This document shows positions 24,793-36,960 of a DNA stretch of 64,000 nucleotides, piece after piece; position 1 is the first letter of the stretch, and every line of letters starts with the position of its first letter. Below the pieces are notes generated by a model, which was not told the DNA's origin, did no database searches, and saw nothing but the letters and a program-made list of their open reading frames with translations. The stretch is taken from NCBI RefSeq assembly GCF_006345805.1, contig NC_043008.1, forward strand, positions 28,148,001 to 28,212,000, given 5' to 3'. Origin of the DNA: Octopus sinensis (lineage: Eukaryota). The translations under genes were made by a program, and so were the position numbers.

Positions 24793-25770
24793 GTGATATT
24801 GCTCTTAACACTAACCGAATGCGCAACGATATTCATTTCACCTCTTCAAGAAACAGGTCACACTAATAGAATATTCTGACCTTATTTTCACGGGATGGAA
24901 TAGCAAATACGTGAGTGAATTCATTTAAATGTCTATGGTATTTACAATAAAATCTCTCCGTAAACGTAATGAGGCAAACTTCCAGACAGTTGCTAAGCAA
25001 AAAGAATCATATAATATATGGTTTTGATGTCACAACAGAGATTAATAACTCGTTCATAGTTAAGGTAGCGATTCTTAAACTTTAGAATTGAAACGAGTGA
25101 AATTCAAAAATGTAGGAAATAGTCATTTTGTATTATAATTGATCTGAATTTGATCTGCTAATGTTTTTGCATAGTGAGAATATCTTCCTCCCAATATTGA
25201 AAGTCACAGTAGCAACATCCTATAAATTTGCCTACAGTATGTAAAGCACTGTAATGGCTTTCATATATATTCCTGTTGATACACCTTTTCATCTGCCTGC
25301 TATTGAAACTAATGACATTACTGATCATTGCAAAAGAAAATCATGTGTCATATTTTAGTGTAGTTCAGCATTTTCCGGAATGCAGTGATGGAACACAAGT
25401 AACTTAATTTCAATCAGAGTGAGATTTTACATATATTCAGCTTATTTTGAATTATCTACGTTGTGATATTGCTCTTAACACTAGCCTAGAGTGCAACGGT
25501 ATTCATTCCACCTCTTCAGGAAACAGGTTGCACTAATGGAATATACTAAGCCTATTTTCACAGTATGGAATGGCAAATACTCATAAATATTTGAGTTAAA
25601 TTTACTGTGTTCTGTACAATGAAATCTATCCGTAAACATATCGAGGCAGGTTTTCAGACCGTTACTAAGCATAGGGAATCCTAAAATATATGTTTTTGAT
25701 ATCACGACAGAGATAGAACTATTGAACACTCTACCTACTGAATGCTATAATTTCTAGAATTGAACGTACG
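24793..25770 (+). repeat. Old direct duplication (24793-25095 vs 25463-25770; offset about 670 bp)
   Basis: gtgatattgctcttaacacta..cacctcttca.gaaacagg..gcaaatac..ccgtaaac..tagaattgaa occurs in both copies; visibly diverged. Confidence 0.85.
25175..25236 (+). CDS. Candidate coding exon (ENIFLPILKVTVATSYKFAY)
   Basis: ctgctaat branch-point-like motif, tttttgcatag|T GAG...TAC A|gtatgt; phase 2 to 1, in frame with 14590-14647. Confidence 0.45.
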
Positions 25771-26047
25771 AACAATAATATTACTGGTACGCAAAATAAT
25801 TATAGACAAGAACGTAGAAAACCTCTCAAAATATGCTGAGAAAAGTAGAGATATGAAGGTAAGTGGGATGCACTGCAACATAAGTTTAACCTACATCAGC
25901 TACGTTCGGAGCATTATAACTAAAAATGTTATGCCTCCCGGTGTGGTTGGGCGTCATATTTTATGTTCCAGTGCTCCTAAACTTCAAGGAAACTACATTC
26001 TGCCGAACGCAGGATATGAGGTTTGGAAGTGGAAACAAAAAATCAGG

Positions 26048-26103
<56 letters not shown>

Positions 26104-26924
26104 TGTAATGAATTACAATAATCCTTGCTGCGATAGAAAGAAGATATGAATTTTTGGAGACTGTTTCCAGTTGTATACATAGATCCCAGTGTTTAACTGG
26201 TGCATATCTAAACGACACCGAGAGTATGAAAGGCAAATTCCACCTCGGTGGGATTTGAAATTTCATTGTACAATAGAACGAAATGCAGCGAAACATTTTG
26301 TCCATCTTGATACATATATTGCCATCTTAACAAACATTTAAGCACAACCGATACCATATGTATATATTGCTGTTGCTGCAAATTTATCAAAATGTATCTG
26401 AAACAACTTTGCATGCAATTTTCGTGGATAAATCTGGATGAATCCCGAAAATTATGATTCCTACTACAGCGGTCAAAAACAGAAAATTTTAACAGCTTTG
26501 AAGACAAATGATAGAGGATAATTACTATGCCATTCATAACGTTAACCATTTTTAGTTTACGCACAAGATGATTAGAATCTTCTTGAAATTCATTGGAACT
26601 GTATGCTTATTTATGTTGGAGTAGTTCGATGTCATTGAAAGCAAAGGAAATCGCATGCATTTAAACTCTCAGATATATAACACCGGGACAGCAAGTGTTA
26701 TCAATATGTTTATGGGTATATAGATATAGGTGTTGTTTTTTCCTTCCCTCTTCATATATGTGTTTGTGTGTACACACACACACATATACATATATATATA
26801 TGTGTGTGTGTGTGTACATATATTAATGTCTATAAATATGTATATATATATATATATATATGTGTGTGCATGCATGTATGCAAATATAGATATGTATGTA
26901 TGCAAAATATGACCACGTGTGTAT

Positions 26925-27109
26925 CGTTGACGATTTTTTCTTCCGTCTTCCCTTCTTTGGATCATTATTTTTCCTACGTTTCTGACGAAAAGCTCCTCTC
27001 AAAATGTTAAATCCTCCTTCTTCCCTTCCTTCCTGAGCGTCCAATAACACTATGCTTGTTCCACGTCCTCGCGTTGTAGTGTTTTCTCTTTGTGTTTTCA
27101 TGTTTGGAT

Positions 27110-27112
<3 letters not shown>
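26925..27112 (+). mobile_element. Penelope-like LTR remnant with a degenerate minimal hammerhead
   Basis: gttt-CTGACGA-aaagctcctctc-AAAA-tgttaaat at 26978-27011 (GAAA box mutated); ends gtttggattaac-(TA)n. Confidence 0.6.
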
Positions 27113-27144
<32 letters not shown>

Positions 27145-27148
<4 letters not shown>

Positions 27149-27652
27149 TAAGTAATTAAGGGTTTAGCAACGATTTGCCTCACCACACACCGAATTTAGA
27201 AATAGCAGTCAAAGAGTTGTAGCTATTCCTTTCTACTAAAAGGGAGATCTCAGTAAAACCACAGCACTTGAAAGGCAAACACAGACAGGCAAGAGAGAAA
27301 GAAAATGACGACAATCGCTCATACAATAAAAAGTCACCTACGGACGTACGTTTCGAAATCAAGTTTTAGGAAAGCATAAGAATTAGATAATCCTGTCTTA
27401 CCTAACTTCTTTTCTCATCAGCGTAGGATACTACAATTATGAATAATTGTATATTAAATTTTAGTAGAAAGGAATAGCTACAACTCTTTGACTGCTATTT
27501 CTAAATTCGGTGTGTGGTGAGGCAAATCGTTGCTAAACCCTTAATTACTTAGTATTACTTAAACTTTCCTCAAATGGGGCTTTTACATGCCGAAATCTAC
27601 ATGGTGAAATTAATGATTTTTCTAAATTAATTAATTTCACCCTACATTATTA

Positions 27653-27655
<3 letters not shown>
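27145..27655 (-). mobile_element. Non-autonomous Penelope-LTR/retrozyme-like element between two (TA)n tracts, with a perfect 97-bp inverted repeat
   Basis: 27145-27241 is the exact reverse complement of 27459-27555; a hammerhead lies in the spacer; (TA)n at 27113-27146 and 27656 onward. Confidence 0.7.
27337..27427 (-). ncRNA. Type I hammerhead ribozyme with intact catalytic core
   Basis: Minus strand: CCUACG-CUGAUGA-GAAA[52 nt]UUUC-GAA-ACGUACGU-C/CGUAGG. 6-bp helix I, G10.1-C11.1 pair, palindromic helix III, GUC cleavage site (cut between 27343 and 27342). Confidence 0.85.
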
Positions 27656-27704
<49 letters not shown>

Positions 27705-28549
27705 CATATATATGCGTATGTATATGTATGTATATATCTATGTATGTATATAAAACAATGTTGTTTTATTTCACACGGGTAGGCATATAGAATAGACAGA
27801 AGTTGAAAATGCACTGAGAATAGTTATAATCATTTATTGTATTTAAAGATTTAAGTGTTTTCTCAGTTTACACTGATATTCAGAATTTGATTGACAGACT
27901 TCGGTTATGCTGCCGTATTTTTATACGTAATATATGACTCAAATTAGTATATGTTTTGGATAGGACTTGATTGATAGAGGATAGTCACATGACAGTTCTT
28001 AGAAATTGTTGTAGACTCCCCTCTATGTCTGTGTGTTAATATTGTGTGACAATGTTTGGCATCGTAAGTTTAGGCTGACACGGTTGAAGGAATATGACTA
28101 GCGATAGTACCAAACAATCAATGCTCTGAATGCTTTCCGTTAAGTGTTCTAGAAAGTAATAACGTGATAAAGTTTAGAAATTTTTATTTTGTACGTTTCC
28201 TGCTGCTTTCGTACGTTAGACTCACGTTGCAGTTTACTTTGCGCCGAAAATTAAGCTCGACACTTTTGAGTGAACACGTTTAGTTACAGACAAGGCACTC
28301 TAAATTTAATCTGCTAGGTGAAAGAGTAGGCAGGAGTCAGTTTGTATGTAATCCAGTGCCTAAAGTATGGGTTGTTAGTAGTGCAAATTTATCAAGTTAA
28401 GTAGCAGAATTAGCTTTGTGTGTGAATAGTTATTTGAGCATGTACTCTTTTAATGTTTGTTAAGCTTTGGTTTATATTTTGTATGGATGCATTTTCTTTG
28501 TTTATCAGTGGTTTACCTGTGGTAGTCACTCTACCTTTCTTCAGTTATC

Positions 28550-28760
28550 CCTGCGTGAAAACCACATGGTTCCGGCTTCAGTCCAATGTCAGGAACTTTC
28601 TGTTATAGACCCCGACCGAGTGGGGGATTTGCGTGTGTGTGTGTGTGTATGTGTGTGTGCGCGCGTGTGTGTGTGTGTCTTTATGTTTATGGGAATTGAA
28701 TACTTCAAAACCGATCATGGTTTGGTTACGTGCCCGTAAAAGAAACCGACAGAATATATA
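28550..28760 (+). mobile_element. Degenerate OK-like SINE remnant
   Basis: aaccacatggttccggcttcagtcc head motif, (GT)n, ttacgtgcccgtaa..ccgacagaat. Confidence 0.45.
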
Positions 28761-29839
28761 CTAGATATACTATTTAGGTAGGGTCATCAGCAAGGTGGCA
28801 GATTAATGACTGGCACTAATAAAACACTCCTATACAAGGGGCATGTAGAATAAGTTTCAAGCACAGATGGCTACCATAATTCACTATTTCCTCGTTGAGA
28901 TATTTCACGGAATAATTTGGAATATCATAATCAGTATTCTATAGTCATATATCATATAAATCAAATGGCATCGGTTTCAGAAGACTGTTCTTGTCTCTTA
29001 ATGCATTATCAGTTTCTCTACTCATATATATATGAATGTGTGTGTGTGTGTGTTTGTAATATGTCTGCATGTGCCTCTGTATACACACAAGCATAAATAA
29101 AGGTAATGGGTTGTAATTACATATATGTATAATTTCGTTTGTGCAAGTAAGGATATCGGACATTTTAGACTTTACATTGGCATCACAGGAATCCCAAAGA
29201 AATTTGAGGTGTAATCTTGACAGGCAAAGAAAAGATAAACGAAAGAACGGCATCAAACGATAACTGGTTATATCAACCGGATACACACGTATGTACATAC
29301 TTTTTCCCTCTGTAGTAGTACTTGTACACAAACAGCACAATGGTAGAAATAATGTGAGTATGTTAGGAATTATAATGTAATATAATTCTTATTTTCTCTT
29401 CTAGCCGCCAGTATCATTAAAACAGCCAGAGTTAGAAGTGAATATGTAAATATTAAACGACTATATAGGCTTCTGTCTTATTTTCTATCGTTCTTTTGCA
29501 TAGACTACTGGTCTAGCCAGGCGTATGGCTTCATTATTCAAAGCAAACTATTCGTCCGAATAAGAAAAAAATGTCTACTTATGTTTGAAAATGACATGTT
29601 TACTTTCTCTTTAAACGACATAAAAGCTATGTAAGTAAGAAGTAATAGACTAGAAAATATACACGTAACACTCTTCTTCTTCTTATACATGTTATTATTA
29701 TGTCTCATTTTTATATCAATTTGCAATGTTTTTTATGCTTGTTGATACATGATTTTTTGTAAACTCCAAACATTTTCAATACTCGTATTGTAATGTCCCC
29801 GTCTGTTGCCCTTCTCGGAAGAAAAGAAACGGTATCGTT

Positions 29840-30008
29840 CTTATGGTTGTTGTTATCATTATGATTATTATCATCATCATCATCATCATCATCATAGTTA
29901 TTATCATTATTATTATTATTATTGGCCTTGTGGAAAACAAATGAAATCATCATCATCATCATCATCATTATCATTTTTATTATTATTATTAGTATTATTA
30001 TTGTTGTC

Positions 30009-30056
<48 letters not shown>

Positions 30057-30063
30057 GTTGTTG

Positions 30064-30094
<31 letters not shown>

Positions 30095-30120
30095 ATTATT
30101 ATTATTATTATTAATATTAT
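29840..30120. repeat. Compound (CAT)n/(TTA)n/(TTG)n microsatellite
   Basis: Read directly. Confidence 0.95.
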
Positions 30121-30129
30121 TAAATAGAT

Positions 30130-30400
30130 ACCGTATCAGCAACATAAAATGATAATATAAGTTATCGAATGTCAAAATTTTAGATAGATATGATGTCCCC
30201 AGTATTGAAAGCATGCTGCTGAGAACGCAATTCAGTTGAGCAGGACATGTTCGAATGCAAGGTGATCGCATTCCGAAAATGCTTTTGTTTCGCTAGCAAA
30301 TAGAGTGATTTTACGGTAAACGAAGGCTGACCCGGAAATATAAGAGCAGTTTGAAACAATCACTAAAATCCCTACAGCTTAATTTAACATCTTAGGAAGG
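30130..30400 (+). mobile_element. RTE-clade LINE fragment (RT C-terminus)
   Basis: ILDRYDVPSIESMLLRTQFS*AGHV..MQGDRIPKMLLF resembles the RTE motif LRWAGHV.RM..R.PK. Confidence 0.65.
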
Positions 30401-30796
30401 TTAATACCTAAATCGATCAGAGTAGCGTATTCTGTATCATGTTGAATCTAAACACTTTCAAATGAAGAAACAGAAAAAATGAAAGACTTGTATCCTACTG
30501 TCAATGTACACATTTGTCCAATATCAGTCAAAGTCGAAATTATCATTATCTCGATTATGTGTTCATAGCAAATTTCATACCTAGACACAAATTGCATTTT
30601 CCACATCTTTTGCAAATAGATGCAGCGTCTTCTATTTGTAATCATTTTTTACCACTTTCCTTCAAACACTCATACCTAATCGACTGGAGAAACCTCATCA
30701 TCATTAGCGTTATCGTCGTTGTCATCATCATCATCATCATCATCATCATCAACATCATCATCATCGTCGTCGTCGTCGTCGTCGTCGTCATCAACA

Positions 30797-30985
30797 AGAC
30801 AGTGAGTCGGCAGAATCGTTGGCACACCCGGCAAAATGCATAGCGGCATATTTTACGGCCGGATTTTAAATTCCGCTGCGGTCGCCTTTGTCTTTCATCC
30901 TTTTGAGGTCCAAAAATTAAGTAGCAGTTGAGCACTGGAGTCGATGTAATGGACTTAACTCTCTCCCAAAATTGCAGGCCGTGAT
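30797..30985 (+). mobile_element. tRNA-derived SINE (OR-like), diverged
   Basis: Colinear with 55421-55600 (ggcagaatcgtt..aaattccg..gtcgcctttg..tttcatccttt..gcactgg.gtcgat). Confidence 0.7.
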
Positions 30986-30999
30986 AGGAAATTAAGGAA

Positions 31000-32260
31000 A
31001 TCAAAATACGGAAAATTGTGGCAGGTCCGTCCTATGAGACACATGAATTTAATAACTTTACTCACGTACTTATAAAACCCATACTTAAAGATATACCGAG
31101 CTTCGTACGAGAAAACTTGGACTTCTTGAACCATCCACCGAGCCAGAACAACACTGGACACTCTTTTTGTCCCATTCGAATAAATCGCTACACCTCGATT
31201 CCATACAAATACAGAATTCGATCTATAGACTTCGGGATGGAAAAAATTCCCAAAGACATTCTTGACCGAATTGGCTAAGTGTATATCACTGAAGGATTAA
31301 AGATCAGCCTTTAAAATGAAGGACAGCGCCTACAGACAAATATATGGGACTACATTAAGAGCGACTGTATTCTCCACTTCTGCAAAGCTTGTCATGACAA
31401 TTAGAAATCCAAATACACGAACACGTCAGATTGAAATCTGACGATAGCTTTCATAATAATTACTCACCGACTGCTTCAATCTCTGGTTGCATATTCTCTT
31501 GGAGTTTTAACATTGGATAACATAATCTTCAGTAACCAATTAACAATGGAATTTTCAAGCGCACCATCATTTCTTGGACATCCGAATCATATAAAAAGAT
31601 ACTAGCATTGTGACCAACATATACTTTAAAGCAACAAACGCAAAAAGAAAATCTGCTACTCTTTACCTGTGATTTAAAGGGCACGTAAAACAATAATTTT
31701 TAACTTAGTAACAATCATTTGCAAAGATTTATCCAATCCCGAAACACAGGAAAAATGACGCCAAGGACATAAAAATATATGACTCAAAAGACAATACCCA
31801 CTCAGTTTCCTAAATAGCGAAATAGAGCGCTCCAAAATAATAGACATCAACGAACTACAAAAAGCAAGGAAAGCCATAATAGATTTAAATATCTACATTA
31901 TGTATTAACAACCCATTCAAGACATATGGAACCATACTACATTATCCATTTGAATACACACCTGTTGATGAAAGGTCTGCGTAAAAAAAAAAAGAATTCG
32001 AAAAATATAATTCTTAAAAGTAACAGACAACCGAAATCACTAAAATGGATACCTACTAACACGAAATTACGCTTCGACAATACATCCCCAACAGTAAAAG
32101 AAATGAACCATCGTAATTGAAAAGCCTGCACAAACTGATGAATTTCAACATATGACTGCAAGACAGGTTTAATATTCACCATAAAATCACTTCAACTGAT
32201 CAGCGAGGAACTTAATTTATGTACCCAGATGTGGTGGTGATCAAATAGGTCAAATTTTAC
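31000..32260 (+). mobile_element. Penelope-like element, decayed RT to GIY-YIG region; probable continuation at 33597-33650
   Basis: ORF 31018..31278 (IV)AGPSYETH..LIKPILKDIPSFVRENLDFLNH..YTSIP matches the Penelope RT start. A GTxMG..F.NLVM-like segment lies near 31340. YQIFPLCQC follows the mariner. Confidence 0.75.
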
Positions 32261-32347
32261 TTTGAAGAAGAGAACGATGGTATACAGGCGTCAAACTCAT
32301 GTGAATTATCAGAAGAGAACGACGGTATTCAAGCATCAAACTCATGT

Positions 32348-33594
32348 GTAGAGCAATGAAACTTGGCACAGTTATTAGTATTTAACTACATAGGAACCAC
32401 CCAGAGTTATGCATTTCTCTCATCGTTTGATGCAGCTCTGAAGACCGTTTTTGTAGAAGACCCCAGCTTGGTCCTCCAACCATGACGTGACTTCAGAAAT
32501 CAAGGCTGCATCACCTGGGAAACGCTTTCCCTTCTAAAACAACTTCATGGCTGGGAAGAGGTGAAAATCAGAAGGTGCAAGGTCAGGAGAGTAGGGGGCA
32601 TGGGGGAGGAGTTCATAGCAACACGCCTGTGCTTCTGATCTGGCGACACGCGAGTTGTGAACCGGAGCGTTGTCCTGCAGGAGGAGGATGCCTTTGCGGA
32701 TCTTGCCCCGCAACCTGATTTTGATAGCTTCTCTTAATTTCCTCAAAAGTGAAGCATAATAGGGTCCTGTAATTGTGGTACCCTTTGCCAGGAAATCTGT
32801 CATCACTACTCCGTCCTGGTCCCAGGAGACTGTGAGCATGACCTTGCCAGCGGAGGGCTGCACCCTTGCCTTCCTTGGAGGAGGTGAGTCACGATGCTTC
32901 CACTGCATTGATTGGGCTTTGGTCTCTGGATCATAGTGATGGACCCAGGTTTCATCCTGTGTATTCAGTCTTTTGAAAATTTTGACTCTTCTTCTTGGCA
33001 CATCTCCAAATTCATCCTCGAGCACTCGACACGTTCTTGCTTCTGGAAAGGTGTGAGCAACCTGGGAATCCATCTGGCAGACACCTTTTACATATGCAAA
33101 TGGTCATGAATGATAGTTTCCAAAGACCCGGCACTAATCTTGATCTCATGGGCTATTTGGCGAATAGTTATGCGTCGATCTTCCAATATTGGCAGCCTCA
33201 ACTTGACGGACAGATGCCTCATCAATGGCAGAAGGGGGGCGACCAGTTCTTGGAGCTGTTTCCACAGAGTTTCCACCATGTTTGGATTCACGATGCCAAC
33301 TTTTTACAAGGTCATATGATGGGGCATCATCACCATAAGTTACTTTCATTTCATCAAAAGTCTCCCGTGGTGTGCGTCCTTTCAAATACAAAAACCGGAT
33401 CACTGCTCGACACTCAACAGGCTCCATTTCACACTTGACTCAGTTAAAACACCTGTAAATCAGACACCACAATTAGTTCAGAGCTGTAATTTGCCACTTA
33501 ATTGTTAGAGATATAAATAATTGTACATGCAAAATTGCAGCTAGATCAAATAACTGCAAGTGGGTCAGAGGCATTACTTATTGAACGTCCCTCG
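32348..33594 (-). mobile_element. Mariner (Himar1/irritans-like) copy 1, frameshifted; 3' TIR missing
   Basis: ORFs 33146..33427 (MEPVECRAVIRFLYLKG) and 32534..33073 (TQDETW, QDNAPVH, YSPDLAPSD = D,D34D). 5' TIR CGAGGGACGTTCAATAAGTAATGCC with TA at 33595-96. Confidence 0.95.
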
Positions 33595-34976
33595 TAGCGT
33601 AAACATAAAATATAGAAAATACCAAATTTTTCCTTTATGTCAATGCACCGGACACACTTCAGGCCATTCCAAACTTATTAAGAAATGTATACCACAACTA
33701 AATATTGTATAACAACAAAATGGGAAAGTTCAGTTTATGTACAAATAAGTGACAGGAAACGGTAGACATATATCAAAAGTTTAAGTAAGGGGCTGCCTCT
33801 GGGAACCAAAACTTTCACTGTGAACTCTTGTAAAATAACCCCTTGCAGCTTGTCAAATACCAGCAGCTAACATTGCTCTAGTATCAACCAATTATATATT
33901 TTTTGGTCAAAACTGGACAGGCAGAAAAACAAGACACACAACTATTGAACTGACAGAAACCCGTGCCCTCATAAAGGAATTAAACAATCTGAACGCTTGA
34001 CGATCACACAAAAAATAAGTTACCAAGATGTTTTCAAAAAGGCAAACTATGTATGCGGAATATCAGCCACACAGTGCACTGGATCTCTACTGGTCACAAC
34101 CAAATCAAATACTCAATACACAAATGATGTAATCAAGAGCTCAAATCATAGAAAACGTTGGACTTGTGATCAAATATGCGACCAGAACATTCGATAAACA
34201 TATGATATATCAATGCACTAAGCCTGCTATAATACTAGAGACTACAGCCGGACAAAGAAAATTTACTTCATTGAATTTACAACAAATAAGAACTTGAATC
34301 TTTAACTTAAATCATTACAAAATTTTGAAAAATAAAATTGTAAAAATATCTGGTGTCTTTCTTTTTTGTAACTATTTTAAAACATCAACGTGTTTAACTG
34401 ATAATGTAACTCAATGTTACTGAACTTACCATTCTGTATGTGTGTTATGCAATCAATCGAACACTTGAACTGGTATTGCTATCTATCTCGGTAAAACGTA
34501 TTGATTATTGGAACGTCTGATCTTTTAAGCATATTTTTCTGACGTTTTTGTTTATACTGTCAGTATACAACCTTTCGTATTAATCTTTGGAAAATATCGA
34601 AACGTGTTTGGTATTCTAATAAATATATTAAAAATATGAAGCTAGCACATTTTTAAAGACTCAGATTCACTATCAACCCACAAAACCAACTCTTCCATAT
34701 GCGTGCGTGTGTGTGTTTCTTTGTACATTCTTGTAAATATTAAATGATATAAATAAATAATATACATATTAAATAATAATCAGGCTTCATTACAAATCAC
34801 TACAACTATTTCAACTCTTCAACATGAGTGTGTAATTGCTGAATTATACATATATTCACATTAATGTATTAATATCCGTCTCAGGTGATGAGGGTCGAAA
34901 ACAATGCTAGATCATCGTTAGTTTGTTTTTGTTTTGTTCCGTCACGATTAAGTCATTTTTAGCATTCTGTTGGCAG

Positions 34977-35000
34977 ATTATACCTCAGAAATGCAAGAAG
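34977..35000 (+). CDS. Weak candidate 24-nt exon (LYLRNAR in phase 2)
   Basis: ttctgttggcag|...GAAG|gtacaa; phase-compatible with 42237-42266, link to the upstream exons unresolved. Confidence 0.2.
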
Positions 35001-35039
35001 GTACAAATGACTTAAAATAACGAATATAAATTAATAATG

Positions 35040-35761
35040 TTATCATGAAAGAAAATAATGGTCCAATTAATCCTCTTGAAGATAAACCACACCACACTGT
35101 AATTGCTGGTAAATTAACATGGTATTCCACCATAATGGACGGATTCTCAGGTCCCCAGTACGTTCAATTGTGGCGGTTAATTGAACCATTAAATTTGAAT
35201 GTGGCTTTATTACTCCACTCAATCTTTGTTGTAAAGTGTGCAAATTTTACACATCGAGTCAAGTACCACTCGCAATACTACACACTTTGGTCTGGATCAT
35301 CGTCATTACTAGCATGGACTCATCATGGAACGTAACATTTCATTTGAAATTCTCCAAAATATGTTGGACAGGTGATTTTGAAATACCTACCTCACGACTC
35401 TCTTGCCGCACAGATTATCTTGGACTTTTGTGATACGTTTTAAGCACTCCATCTTGCATTGTTGGAGTAGTCGATGTCCGTGGGGTTCCAGAACGCTTTC
35501 CGTGGACATTCTGAACAGTTCCATCAACTTCACACGTATCTGCAATTCGAGTGATGGATCAGCTTGAAACTCACTCGTAAATTGTCTTTGCAATTGAACG
35601 GCATTTTCACACTTCCAGTAGCATTTTAGAATGAATTTCGTTTGTTCAAAGCTTAGTCTGACTGCCATCATTAATACAAATGCTTTAATATGGACTAAAA
35701 AGAAAACCTCAATTGAGTTATTAGCTGCTAAAGTGCGTATACATTTTTTCGAGACACCCTG
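35040..35761 (-). mobile_element. Tc1/mariner-superfamily (rosa/DD41D-like) 5' fragment
   Basis: End TA-CAGGGTGTCTCGAAAAAATG. ORF 35387..35671 MAVRLSFEQTKFILKCYW (HTH). Downstream [35 protein letters not shown]. Confidence 0.8.
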
Positions 35762-36095
<334 letters not shown>

Positions 36096-36567
36096 TATAA
36101 TAATATCAGGGTAATAAAGATTTTAGAAATGTATATTTCCAGTGGACTAGCGTATAGAAAAATTAGTCAAAATATCAAATTTTTCACCCTTATTTATAAA
36201 TTTATAAATTTAATTATGCTGCAGTAAATATTTCATGCAGTATTCGTTTCCAATGAGTCTTAGCATGATTTTGGTGTGGAATTTGAAGCATAACTACAAA
36301 AGCAATCGATTAAACCGCACGTTTATTTGACGCTCGTGAAGGTCTAATAAATTGTATTTAAGACAATCCTCTGCCGATGATTTATATATGTCTATGTAAG
36401 TAATATTACGTATTACGTTAGTAATGAAACAATTGTTCAGGGTCAATCTAGTTTTTCGTTATTTTTCACTTTCCTTCCGTTAAATGTAATGTTATTTCTA
36501 CTTGGAAACATCTTTTCTGTGGCTATACTAACGGAGCTATTTTTAGCACTAGAGCTATCCACATAGT

Positions 36568-36608
<41 letters not shown>

Positions 36609-36647
36609 GCATATATATTTATATATATTTGTGTATATATATTTGTG

Positions 36648-36683
<36 letters not shown>

Positions 36684-36687
36684 CGCG

Positions 36688-36719
<32 letters not shown>

Positions 36720-36779
36720 CGTGTATGTGTGTGTGCATACATATGCATACATATATATTATTTTATTGTTTTATATTTT

Positions 36780-36960
36780 ACTTGTTTCAGTAATTTACTG
36801 CGTCCATGCTGGAGCACAACCTGAAAAGATTATAGTCGAAGAAAATAATCTCAAGACCCTCTTATTCTTTGTAAGCCTAATACTTATTCTATCGATCTTT
36901 TTGGCGATGTTACTGGAACGTAAAGACGCCAACATTTATTGTGAAGCAATGGTGGGGGCA
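36780..36960 (-). mobile_element. OK-like SINE 3' half
   Basis: ccatgctggagcac..ttattctttgtaagccta.tacttattctatcg is the reverse complement of the SINE tail. Confidence 0.75.
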
